A stretch of DNA of 64,000 nucleotides, taken from NCBI GenBank assembly GCA_040954595.2, contig CM082586.2, forward strand, positions 10,261,337 through 10,325,336. Direction: 5' to 3'. The position numbers and the translations under genes are program-made. Every line of letters starts with the position of its first letter. The first letter of the stretch is position 1. The stretch comes from Balanoglossus misakiensis (taxonomy: Eukaryota > Animalia > Hemichordata). Positions 15,001 through 27,690 of the stretch are shown in pieces. The notes under the pieces are model-generated. The model saw only the letters and a list, made by a program, of their open reading frames with translations. It was not told the DNA's origin and ran no database searches.

Positions 15001-18000
15001 TTTTTTATGCGCATAGGCCTATCTATGTGTTCTGCGCCTCACAACAGAAATCGGTAAATAAACGAGGCTGTTTGGAAGCAACCATGGAAATTTTACAACT
15101 ATCTCTCGATCTACAGAGTCTATAGTGGAAAACTTTCTTATTCACATATGCCTATCTATGTGTTCTGCGCCTCAAAACAGAATTCCGCAAATAAACGAGG
15201 CTGTTTGGAAGCAAACATGGAAGTTTTAGAACTATCTCTCGATCTACAGTGTATGGTGGAAAACGTTCATATGCGCATAGGCCTATCTATGTGTTCTGCG
15301 CATCACAACAGAATTTTGTAAACAAACGAGGCTGTGTTTGGTAGCAACCATGGACATTTTAGAACTATCTCTCGATCTACAGAGTCTATAGTGGAAAACT
15401 TTCTTATGCACATATGCCTATCTATGTGTTCTGCGCCTCACAACAGAATTCGGTAAATAAACGAGGCTGTTTGGAAGCAACCATGGAAATTTTACAACTA
15501 TCCGTCGATCTACGGAGTCTGGTGGAAAACTTTCTTATGCGCATAGCCCTATATATGTGTTCTGCGCATCACAACAGAATTTTGTAAACAAACGAGGCTG
15601 TGTTTGGTAGCAACCATGGACATTTTAGAACTATCTCTCGATCTACAGAGTCTATAGTGGAAAACTTTCTTATGCACATAGGCCTATCTATGTGTTCTGC
15701 GCCTCACAACAGAATTCGGTAAATAAACGAGGCTGTTTGGAAGCAACCATGGAAATTTTACAACTATCCGTCGATCTACGGAGTCTGGTGGAAAACTTTC
15801 TTATGCGCATAGGCCTATTACGTGTTCTGCGTCTCACAACAGAATTCGGTAAATAAACGAGGCTGTTTGGAAGCAACCATGGAAATTTTAGAACTATCTC
15901 TCGATCTACAGAGTCTAGTGGAAAACGTTCTTATGCGCATAGGCCTATATATGTGTTCTGCGCATCACAACAGAATTCGTAAACAAACAAGGTTGTTTGG
16001 AAGCAACCATGGAAATTTTACAACTATCCGTCGATCTACAGAGTCTAGTGGAAAAATGTCTTATGCGCATTGGCCTATCATGTGTTCTGCGCCTCACAAC
16101 AGAAATCAGTAAATAAACGAGGCTGTTTGGAAGCAACCATGGAAATTTTACAACTATCCGTCGATCTACAGAGTCTAGTGGAAACGTTCTTATGCGCATA
16201 GGCCTATATATGTGTTCTGCGCATCACAACAGAATTTTGTAAACAAACGAGGCTGTGTTTGGTAGCAACCATGGACATTTTAGAACTATCTCTCGATCTA
16301 CAGAGTCTATAGTGGAAAACTTTCTTATGCACATATGCCTATCTATGTGTTCTGCGCCTCACAACAGAATTCGGTAAATAAACGAGGCTGTTTGGAAGCA
16401 ACCATGGAAATTTTACAACTATCCGTCGATCTACAGAGTCTAGTGGAAAACGTTATTATGCGCATAGGCCTATATATGTGTTCTGCGCATCACAACAGAA
16501 TTTTGTAAACAAACGAGGCTGTGTTTGGAAGCAACCATGGACATTTTAGAACTATCTCTCGATCTACAGAGTCTATAGTGGAAAACTTTCTTATGCACAT
16601 AGGCCTATCTATGTGTTCTGTGCCTTACAACAGAATTCGGTAAATAAACGAGGCTGTTTGGAAGCAACCATGGAAATTTTACAACTATCCGTCGATCTAC
16701 AGAGTCTAGTGGAAAACGTTATTATGCGCATAGGCCTATATATGTGTTCTGCGCATCACAACAGAATTTTGTAAACAAACGAGGCTGTGTTTGGAAGCAA
16801 CCATGGACATTTTAGAACTATCTCTCGATCTACAGAGTCTATAGTGGAAAACTTTCTTATGCACATATGCCTATCTATGTGTTCTGCGCCTCAAAACAGA
16901 ATTCCGTAAATAAACGAGGCTGTTTGGAAGCAAACATGGAAATTTTAGAACTATCTCTCGATCTACAGAGTATAGTGGAAAACGTTCATATGCGCATAGG
17001 CCTATCTATGTGTTCTGCGCATCACAACAGAATTTTGTAAACAAACCAGGCTTTGTTTGGAAGCAACCATGGACATTTTAGAACTATTCGTCGATCTACG
17101 GAGTCTAGTGGAAAACTTTCTTATGCGCATAGGCATATGTATGTGTTCTACGCATCACAACAGAATTCGGTAAATAAACGAGGCTGTTTGGAAACAACCA
17201 TGGAAATTTTAGAACTATCCGTTGATCTAAAGTTGAAAAGTTTTTTATGCGCATAGGCCTATCTATGTGTTCTGCGCCTCACAACAGAAATCGGTAAATA
17301 AACGAGGCTGTTTGGAAGCAACCATGGAAATTTTACAACTATCTCTCGATCTACAGAGTCTATAGTGGAAAACTTTCTTATTCACATATGCCTATCTATG
17401 TGTTCTGCGCCTCAAAACAGAATTCCGCAAATAAACGAGGCTGTTTGGAAGCAAACATGGAAGTTTTAGAACTATCTCTCGATCTACAGTGTATGGTGGA
17501 AAACGTTCATATGCGCATAGGCCTATCTATGTGTTCTGCGCATCACAACAGAATTTTGTAAACAAACGAGGCTGTGTTTGGTAGCAACCATGGACATTTT
17601 AGAACTATCTCTCGATCTACAGAGTCTATAGTGGAAAACTTTCTTATGCACATATGCCTATCTATGTGTTCTGCGCCTCACAACAGAATTCGGTAAATAA
17701 ACGAGGCTGTTTGGAAGCAACCATGGAAATTTTACAACTATCCGTCGATCTACGGAGTCTGGTGGAAAACTTTCTTATGCGCATAGCCCTATATATGTGT
17801 TCTGCGCATCACAACAGAATTCGTAAACAAACGAGGTTGTTTGGAAGCAACCATGGAAATTTTACAACTATCCGTCGATCTACAGAGTCTAGTGGAAAAA
17901 TGTCTTATGCGCATTGGCCTATCATGTGTTCTGCGCCTCACAACAGAAATCAGTAAATAAACGAGGCTGTTTGGAAGCAACCATGGAAATTTTACAACTA

Positions 18001-21000
18001 TCAGTCCATCTACAGAGTCTGGTGGAAAACTTTCTTATGCGCATAGGCCTATAACGTGTTCTGCGCCTAACAACAGAATTCGGTAAATAAACGAGGCTGT
18101 TTGGAAGCAACCATGGAAATTTTACAAAAATCCGTCGATCTACAGAGTCTGGTGGAAAACTTTCTTATGCGCATAGGCCTATAACGTGTTCTGCGCCTAA
18201 CAACAGAATTCGGTAAATAAACGAGGCTGTTTGGAAGCAACCATGGAAATTTTACAACTATCCGTCGATCTACAGAGTCTAGTGGAAAACGTTATAATGC
18301 GCATAGGCCTATCTATGTGTTATGCGCATCACAACAGAAATCGGTAAATAAACGAGGCTGTATTTGGAAGCAACCATGAACATTTTACAACTATCCGTCG
18401 ATCTACAGAGTCTAGTGGAAAACGTTCTTATGCGCATAGGCCTATATATGTGTTCTGCGCATCACAACAGAATTCGGTAAACAAACGAGGTTGTTTGGAA
18501 GCAACCATGGAAATTTTACAACTATCCGTCGATCTACAGAGTCTAGTGGAAAAATGTCGTATGCGCATAGGCCTATCATGTGTTCTGCGCCTCAAAACAG
18601 AATTCCGTAAATAAACAAGGCTGTTTGCAAGCAAACATGGAAATTTTACAGCTATCCGTCGATCTACAGAGTCTAGTGGAAAACGTTCTTTTGCGCATAG
18701 GCCTATATATATGTTATGCGCATCACAACAGAAATCGGTAAATAAACGAGGCTGTATTTGGAAGCAACCATGGACATTTTACAACTATCCGTCGATCTAC
18801 AGAGTCCTGTGGAAAACTTTCTAATGCGCATAGGCCTATTACGTGTTCTGCGCCTCACAACAGAATTCCGTAAATAAACGAGGCTGTTTGGAAGCAAACA
18901 TGGAAATTTTACAGCTATCCGTCGATCTACAGAGTCTAGTGGAAAACGTTCTTTTGCGCATAGGCCTATATATGTGTTATGCGCATCACAACAGAAATCG
19001 GTAAATAAACGAGGCTGTATTTGGAAGCAACCGTGGACATTTTACATCTATCCGTCGATCTACAGAGTCTTGTGGAAAACTTTCTATTGCGCATAGGTCT
19101 ATTACGTGTTCTGCGCCTCACAACAGAATTCGGTAAATAAACGAGGCTGTTTGGAAGCAACCATGGAAATTTTAGAACTATCCGTCGATCTACAGAGTCT
19201 AGTGGAAAAATGTCTTATGCGCATAGGCCTATCATGTGTTCTGCGCCTCACAACAGAAATCGGTAAATAAACGAGGCAGTTTGGAAGCAACCATGGAAAT
19301 TTTACAGCTATCCGTCGATCTACAGAGTCTAGTGGAAAACGTTCTTATGCGCATAGGCCTATATATGTGTTCTGCGCATCACAACAGATTTTTGTAAACA
19401 AACGAGGCTGTGTTTGGAAGCAACCATGGAAATTTTAGAACTATCTCTCGATCTACAGAGTCTATAGTGGAAAACTTTCTTATGCACATATGCCTATCTA
19501 TGTGTTCTGCGCCTCAAAACAGAATTCCGTAAATAAACGAGGCTGTTTGGAAGCAAACATGGAAATTTTAGAACTATCTCTCGATCTACAGAGTATAGTG
19601 GGAAACGTTCATATGCACATAGGCCTATATATGTGTTCTGCGCATCACAACAGAATTTTGTAAACAAACGAGGCTTTGTTTGGAAGCAACCATGGACATT
19701 TTAGAACTATCCGTCGATCTACAGAGTCTAGTGGAAAAATTTCTTATGCGCATGGGCCTATCATGTGTTCTGCGCCTCACAACAGAAATCGGTAAATAAA
19801 CGAGGCTGTTTGGAAGCAACCATGGAAATTTTAGAACTATCCGTCGACCTTCAGCGTCTAGTGGAAAACTTTTTTATGCGCATAGGCCTATCTATGTGTT
19901 CAGAGCCTCACAACAGAAATCGGTAAATAAACGAGGCTGTTTGGAAACAACCATGGAAATTTTAGAACTATCCGTCGATCTAAAAGGTCTAGTGGAAAAC
20001 GTTCTTATGCGCATAGGCCTATCTATGTGTTCTGCGCATCACAACAGAATTTTGTAAACAAACGAGGCTGTGTTTTGAGGCAACCATGTATATTTTAGAA
20101 CTATCTCTCGATCTACAGAGTCTAGTGGAAAACTTTCTTATGCGCATAGGCCTAGCTATGTGTTCTGCGCATTACAACAGAATTTTGTAAACAAACGAGG
20201 TTGTGTTTGGAATCAACCATGGAAATTTTAGAACTATCCGTCGATCTACAGTGAAAAAGTTTCTTATGCGCATAGGCCTATCATGTGTTCTGCGCATCAC
20301 TGCAGAATTTTGTAAACAAACGAGGCTGTGTTTGGAAGCAACCATGGAAATTTTAGAACTATCCGTCGATCTATAGAGTCTAGTGGAAAACGTTCTTATG
20401 CGCATAGGCCTATCTATGTGTTCTGCGCATTACAACAGAATTTGGAAATAAACGAGGCTGTGTTTGGAAGCAACCATGGAAATTTTAGAACTATCCGTCG
20501 ATCTGCAGAGTCTAGTAAAAAACTTTCTTATGCGCATAGGCCTATCACGTGTTCTGCGCCTCACAACAGAAATCGGTAAATAAACGAGGCTGTTTGGATG
20601 CAACCATGGAAATTTTAGAACTATCCGTCGATCTACAGAGTCTAGTGGAAAAGTTTCTTATGCACATAGGCCTATCTATGTGATCTGCGCATCACAGCAG
20701 AATTCGGTAAATAAACAAGGCTGTTTGAAATCAACCATGGACATTTTAGAACTATCCGTCGATCTACAGAGTCTAGTGGAAAACTTTCTTATGCGCATAG
20801 GCCTAGCTATGTGTTCTGCGCATCACAAAAGAATTTTGTAAACAAACGAGGCTGTGTTTGGAAGCAACCATGGAAATTTTAGAACTATCTCTCGATCTAC
20901 AGAGTCTATGGAAATTTTAGAACTATCCGTCGATCTACAGTGAAAAAGTTTCTTATGCGCATAGGCCTATCATGTGTTCTGCGCATCACTGCAGACTTTT

Positions 21001-22295
21001 GTAAACAAACGAGACTGTGTTTGGAAGCAACCTTGGAAATTTTAGAACTATCTCTCGATCTACAGAGTCTAGTGGAAAACTTTCTAATGCGCATAGGCCT
21101 ATCATGTGTTCTGCGCCTCACAACAGAAATCGGTAAATTAACGAGGCTGTTTGGAAGCAACCATGGCAATTTTAGAACTATCCGTCGATCTACAGAGTCT
21201 AGTGGAAAACTTTCTTATGCGCATAGGCCTATCACGTGTTCTGCGCCTAACAACAGAATTCGGTAAATAAACGAGGCTGTTTGGAAGCAACTATGGAAAT
21301 TTTAGAACTACCCGTCGATCTACAGAGTCTAGTGGAAAAATTTCTTATGCGCATAGTCCTATCATGTGTTCTGCGCATCACAACAGAATTCGGTAAATAA
21401 ACGAGGCTGTTTGGAAGCAACCATTGAAATTTTACAACTATCCGTCGATCTACAGAGTATAGTGGAAAACTTTCTTATGCGTATAGGCCTATCATGTGTT
21501 CAGCGCCTCACAACAGAAATCGGTAAATAAACGAGGCTGTTTAGAAGCACCCATGTAAATTTTAGAACTATCCATCGATCTACAGAGTCTAGTGGAAAAC
21601 GTTCTTTTGCGCATAGGCCTATCTATGTGTTCTGCGCATCACAAAATAATTTTGTAAACAAACGAGGCTGTTTGGAAGCAACCACGGAAATTTTTGAACT
21701 ATCTCTCGATCTACACAGTCTAGTGGAAAAATTTCTTATGAGCATGGGCCTATCATGTGTTCTGCGCCTCACAACAGAAATCGGTAAATAAACGAGGCTG
21801 TTTGGAAGCAACCATGGAAATTTTAGAACTATCCGTCGATCTTCAGCGTCTAGTGGAAAACTTTCTTATGCGCATAGGCCTATCTATGTGTTCAGCGCCT
21901 CACAACAGAAATCGGTAAATAAACGAGGCTGTTTGGAAACAACCATGGAAATTTTAGAACTATCCGTCGATCTAAAAGGTCTAGTGGAAAACGTTCTTAT
22001 GCGCATAGGCCTATCTATGTGTTCTGCGCATCACAACAGATTTTTGTAAACAAACGAGGCTGTGTTTTGAGGCAACCATGGATATTTTAGAACTATCTCT
22101 CGATCTACAGAGTCTAGTGGAAAACTTTCTTATGCACATAGGCCTATCTATGTGTTATGTGCCTCACAACAGAATTCGGTAAACAAACGAGGTTGTTTGG
22201 AAGCAACCATGGGCATTTTGGAACTATCCGTCGATCCACAGAGTCTAGTGGAAAACGTTCTTATGCGCATAGGCCTATCTATGTGTTCTGCGCAT
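1..22295. repeat. Satellite DNA array, ~131-135 bp monomer, ~170 copies, with higher-order repeats (continues beyond left edge of window)
   Basis: Monomer TATGCGCATAGGCCTATCTATGTGTTCTGCGCCTCACAACAGAATTCGGTAAATAAACGAGGCTGTTTGGAAGCAACCATGGAAATTTTACAACTATCCGTCGATCTACAGAGTCTAGTGGAAAAC recurs head-to-tail. The last copy ends ...GTGTTCTGCGCAT at 22295. Identical spurious ORFs recur at 1267, 3371, 7574, 11124, 12177, 14813, 17053. Confidence 0.99.
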
Positions 22296-22882
22296 TTTAC
22301 TTTTGCCACTCCACTCAAAGTAAGCATCGGTGTGGTGGTGTGGCAAGTAGTCTGCCCTTGTACACTAGACAAACCAGGCAATAAATGAAATGTAGCGAAG
22401 AATGGAGGGGTGGGTGTGGGATGGGGTGTCCCCCTCCCATATTAGAAAATCTTGTAAAATTAAGGGCGCGAAACTGCAATTTTGTGGACTCAAAGCAAAA
22501 GTTTTGCGGCAAAAGTATGTGACCCCCTAAACGTTTAAAAAAAAAAGATTACCCCCACTTTCGGACTTCAAAATTTAAGTGACCCCCCCCCCCCTGGATT
22601 TTGCCGCCCCACCCGGCCGTAAAAACTGAATGGTCCCTTACCCATATACGCGACTTCCATTAATAAATTTGAAGAATAAGAGATCTTCTCCGTAAATAGG
22701 CCTTATTGGGGGTCAAAACTACCGAAAGAAGACCCTGCCCCAACTCCCCTTTAAACCAACTAATTCACACCGGGTTAGTTTTGTTTCTTTCATATTTGAA
22801 TGAGAATTAAAATGCCGCAGGAAATTCTGCTGGCGTCCTTAGGATACGAGATCGGGAACTTTCAAAAGTTCCGCAGAATATA

Positions 22883-22898
22883 CCCCAAGAGGGCGCTG
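22883..22898 (+). promoter_or_regulatory. CTCF-like motif
   Basis: CCCCAAGAGGGCGCTG versus the CTCF core CCACCAGAGGGCGCTG (2 mismatches), in CpG-containing unique DNA ~590 bp from the satellite edge. Confidence 0.35.
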
Positions 22899-23914
22899 TT
22901 GCTGACCTTCGACCCGTTTCCTTTGACCAGTTCTGTGTCTTCGTTGTAAACACATGTGTGACACGCAGGCTAGAGAATCTGCCAGTTTTTTCTGTCGTCA
23001 ACTCCAATGTCGCCTTTTCTATGGACGTTAGTTGGCCAGTGTTTGTTACACATCCAGGACGGTGTCATATTTCTCTGAAAGAATAGCGGAAAACATGCAA
23101 AGCCAAGGAGCGAGCAAGTACCAGCTGTTTTCTGCAAGTCATGGGTTCAGGCCCCCACACTGTCCACCATCATTATTCCTATATACAGATTTGGCGGAGT
23201 GAGTATTGAAACATTACAGTATTTAGTGTGTTTTAAGATATCACTGATAGTTTTCACGACTTAATGTGTGGGTAGAATCACATTCATCGCGATAACGTTA
23301 CTGTAGTCCCCTGATTCAGTCCGTAAACAAGGTAAGCTTGAGACATGGACGATCGACAATCAGTTTCCGCTGTTGATTTCGCCCTATCGCAACTTAGTAA
23401 CTGGGGCCGAGTGATGCTCCATTATTTAAAGTTCATGACTATTGACACCAATTGCAAAATATCAATGTTAAGGCGTGCTTTCAGAGAATATTCAACCAGA
23501 AAACCGACAACAATTGATGACCTCATGTGACCTTTACTGGTTGAATCAGGCGACCACTGCAGTGTGATTCCAACGTTTGTGGGAAGACCACAGGGAGCTC
23601 TTCCTCCTGCTTTGCAGTGTGTGTGTGTTTGTTTAATATAAAAATGTGTGACAAAAATATGTATGTTTACAAATATTGTCAAGATTGTTTGTTTGTTGAG
23701 AGGTTAAGGGGAGTAACCCTTTCTGTTCAATATACCCACAAAGGTGAACAAATTTGTAAACAAACATATTTTTCACAGAGTAGTTTTATTATATCCGCAT
23801 TGCATCCAGCATGATCGCAGAAAACATCACCAATAAACCAAAATTGGAGTTGATGGCTTGGCTTTATTTGGGACTATCATTGTTTGGTTATAGTCCATGG
23901 GCCAGAGACCGACA

Positions 23915-24231
23915 TGTAGTCATGCAGAATTAATTTTATGTGTTCTAAATAATTATTTTAGCTTATCTTTGTTGGAAATAATTTTGCCAACATCTCGAAT
24001 TATTTTTACGTGTAGACTCGAATTAATTTCAGGTGTAGTGTCGAATTAATATCACGTGTTTTGTCGAATTAATTTCACGTGTTGTGTCGAATTAATTTTA
24101 CATTGTGTCAAATTAATATTGCCCCCACAATCCTTTGCGCTTAAATCAAGATGGCGGCGGCTGAGCATGTCTTTCTCGCCGCATAAAGTTCGAAAAAGGG
24201 GCCGTTGTACAAGTTGTGAGACGTTTTGGGG
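23915..24231 (+). mobile_element. DNA-transposon end fragment with ~21-bp subterminal repeats (left arm of an inverted pair)
   Basis: Tandem GTCGAATTAATTTCACGTGTT-like units followed by CAAGATGGCGGCGGCTGAGCATGTC. The reverse complement lies at 25148-25413; a partial direct copy lies at ~24240-24397. Confidence 0.7.
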
Positions 24232-25147
24232 GGAATTCAATGTTTTTAATTATTTTTTGTAGTCATGCAGAATTAATTTTATGTGTTCTAAATAATTATT
24301 TTAGCTTATCTTTGTTAGAAATAATTTTGCCAACATATCGAATTCTTTTTACGTGTAGACTTGAATTAATTACAGGTGTAGTGTCGAATTAATATCATCT
24401 TTTACAAGATAGATAGGTGATGTGTTTTGCTCTGTGAAAGAAAATGGAGGGGGAGGGTGTTTAAAATTTTGGCAGTTCGGAAGGGGGATTTGTAAATATT
24501 TCGGGTTGTGTCGGGGGGAGGGGGGGGGCATGTGAAAATTAGCGGTAAAATTTTTTAATTCTCTCGCCCACCCCCCCCCCCCCCACCCTCCAATGGTGTT
24601 TGTGAATGCAGCCTACAGAGGAGGTGGAGACTTCGGGGTCTGCCCCTTTACTATCTATGCCCCACACCCTATCTTATCAGTTGTAAATCTAGAATGCAAG
24701 CTATCATTAAATATGGTTATGTAGAGAGAGACTTTGTCTTTTTAATTTAAATTTATTTAAACAAAACTTGAGTTTACAAGGAAATTTTAAGGAATATTTT
24801 ATTCGCCGTTTCCTGGGATCTGGGCCCTACAGCTATTTCTTAGTTCTGAAAATAACAAATTAACACAATTTTTGTATGTTCAGATGTCAAAATTTATTCA
24901 ATCAAGGCGAATTGGCAACGCGGGGCAACAGCTTGCTCTGTGTACAGGTCTGTGTGTTCCCGCCATGACACGGCCTCCACGCCAAGAACACTGTACGCAG
25001 AGCTGGGCTATACCATAGCAAGGCTGGCGATTACACCAACTGGTAGTGGTTTTGAGTGGTTTGACTAGAAAATTCTGTCTGTAGACCAAAACTCGTGGAC
25101 CGATCGCCGTTTTCGAGCACACTGCATTTATATTGGACAGCAAATCG

Positions 25148-25519
25148 CCCCAAAACGTTTCACAACTTGTACAACGGCCCCTTTTTTAACTTTATGCGGC
25201 GAGAAAGACATGCTCAGCCGCCGCCATCTTGATTTACGCGCAAAGGATTGTAAGGGCAATATTATTTGACAACGTGAAATTAATTCGACACAACACGTGA
25301 AATTAATTCGAGTCTACACATAAAAATAATTCGAGATGTTGGCAGAATTATTTCTAACAAAGATAAGCTAAAATAATTATTTAGAACACATAAAATTAAT
25401 TCTGCATGACTACAAAAAAATAATTAAAGCACATAAAAAATAATTCTATATACTGGTAAAATTAATTCTAACATGTTTTATTAATAAACTACAATTTTGA
25501 CCAGAACGGGCCCTCATAG
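25148..25519 (-). mobile_element. Same transposon-end family, inverted copy, probably including the terminus
   Basis: Reverse complement of 23915-24231, extending further to ...CCAGAACGGGCCCTCATAG. Confidence 0.7.
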
Positions 25520-26629
25520 ATACCGGTAGTACATGTAACTTTGGGTGTTTTTCTCAATGTTTATAATGTGTTTTGATTGCCTGTTCTACTTGTTTCTGAA
25601 CATAGTTAAAGCTTCATTAGCTGTAACTTTTCACTTTGTTTTCAGTATTTTTGTTTTAAGTATTTACTGCAGTGTCTTCTTCAGATCCCTGAATCATGAT
25701 GAAATATAGGTGTGTCTGTTCAGTATTGTTATTGTGAATTTGAATTCAAGTTTGGACTAGAATTCATTTCAATAGCCGTTACACACATACAGGTTATGCT
25801 GACAAGTGGAGTTCTGTGTAGAGCATGTGTAACAGTTAATGTCCCTTTAAATATCACATACATACATCTGTCTAGTTTTGTACATGCAACTCACACGTAT
25901 GTTATATTTATTGATTGACTGTCAAATATCATCCTGTTGTTTGATTAAATGTAAATGTTGTATGTTGTAGAATAGAAAGCACAATTCTTCTAGTTCCATA
26001 GATATCAGTGCTCATTTTAAAGCTGAAAGTGACATTTTCAACACTAAATGCAAGGAAATGTAACTAAATATTTTAATTTTGCAGTCAAAATGCAACACAG
26101 TCAGCTCCGAACTGCATTTAAAATCCAAACACATGGTGTTATATTCTTGGTAATAAGCAAAGATCTGTATCCTATCCACAAAGTATATATCATACACACA
26201 GTATTATCTTAATAACTATAATACAGCTATGAAATTGCTAGAAACATTGTAATATTTGGATGAATTTAAAGAAAAATAATTATATTTATATTAACAGTAT
26301 GTAAAAGTTACGAAGATTTAGCGTTGAATGATGTTGTGATGTCTGTAAGAGCTGTTCCAATACAAGGTGAACGAATTTCAAAACCTTTTGTTCAATCAAC
26401 CTTTCTACTGACCTGTGATTCCAAAAGTTATTGAAATATCATTACACATTTACCTGTATATAGTGCAGACTATAAATAGAGCACACTCTGGAAAGGAGTT
26501 ATGTAATTAATATCTCTATCATGTGAGTGACATCATTTTAAGGGCCACTGACCACCCCACCTGTGACAATTTGCTAGGGGGTGCGAACATCTCAACAGGA
26601 GGTGAATCCCTCCATGCCATGTCTGGGTA

Positions 26630-26664
<35 letters not shown>

Positions 26665-26725
26665 CTTTCATTCATTCATTCAGTGAGTCAGTCAGTTAGT
26701 CAGTCAGTCAGTCCGTCAGTCAGTC
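26630..26725. repeat. Compound tetranucleotide microsatellite (GATT)n(CATT)n(CAGT)n
   Basis: Directly visible. Confidence 0.95.
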
Positions 26726-27048
26726 ATATTAATTAATTCATTAAGGCATATAAACGATATAGCTAGCCTATTGTGATAGGAATGGGCTAACACCCTTGTC
26801 ATATAAACTTTGGCGAAGCGATCCCAAGCTCAGCTAAGGTAGATGGGAGGGACCTGAATCACATGTGCCCATCATAATGAAAGCTGCCAACCCTCTTAGA
26901 ATGATACTACGGCCTATACGTTGATCACCTGATCGCATCGCCCTGTCACACTTGGCTATGGGCTACTGTTCATGTATGATAAAGGGGTTATTACACTAAG
27001 TTTGGTCGATAACGTGACGCATCCTCGTGATGTCCATAATATGGACAT

Positions 27049-27315
27049 CCCTTACGAAAAAAGGGCCTGCTGCAAACTCCTCCCGCAAATCTGCAGCAGG
27101 ATTCTGCGAACTCACTGCAAACTGCTGCTGCAAAGTGGCAAACAGTCCTGATTTTACCATGCAAATTAGGGGACTTGCAAATTTGTTGCAAACTTCCAGC
27201 AACAAGATTTTGAATACTGCAGTGAGTTCACAGGAATTTGAATACTGCAGTGAGTTCACAGCAATCAAGATTGCCACCTTGAAAATTTGAACATTGCAGT
27301 GAGTTTGCAGCAAGA
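27049..27315. mobile_element. EnSpm/CACTA-like terminus with subterminal repeats
   Basis: Starts CCCTTACGAAAAAAGGG and is followed by many direct and inverted CTCACTGCAAA / ACTGCAGTGAGTT units. No partner terminus seen. Confidence 0.45.
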
Positions 27316-27459
27316 CAATTAACTAGGGGTACCATTGAACCACCCACCCCCACCCCCCATAAAACCTCAGAGACAAGCAAACTATAATTAACAGTTTTTA
27401 TTTAAAAAAAAATCTATTTTAATCACAGGGTTAAGAAATCTAAAAAATCAACATGGTAA

Positions 27460-27690
27460 AACTACACACTACAAAAATTGGTTTTCAAAAAATAAAAAAG
27501 CTACACTACAAATATAAACACCACAACTTGCTCCTCTGCAAAAAATGTTTTTCCAATATAAAAAACTACACTACAAACAACTTGCTACTCTAATTTTTTT
27601 TCAATATAAAAAAAACTACACTACAAACTTGCTACTCTACAATTTTTTTCCAATATAAAAAACTACACTACAAACTTCCTACTCTACTAC
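27460..27690. repeat. Degenerate ~45-bp tandem repeat
   Basis: AAAAACTACACTACAAACTTGCTACTCT units repeated about 5 times. Confidence 0.8.

Noticed and set aside
1-22295. CRISPR array or repeated protein-coding genes
   Set aside because: There are no unique spacers, the whole unit repeats, no cas genes are present and the context is eukaryotic. The 60-108 aa ORFs are chance frames in the monomer.
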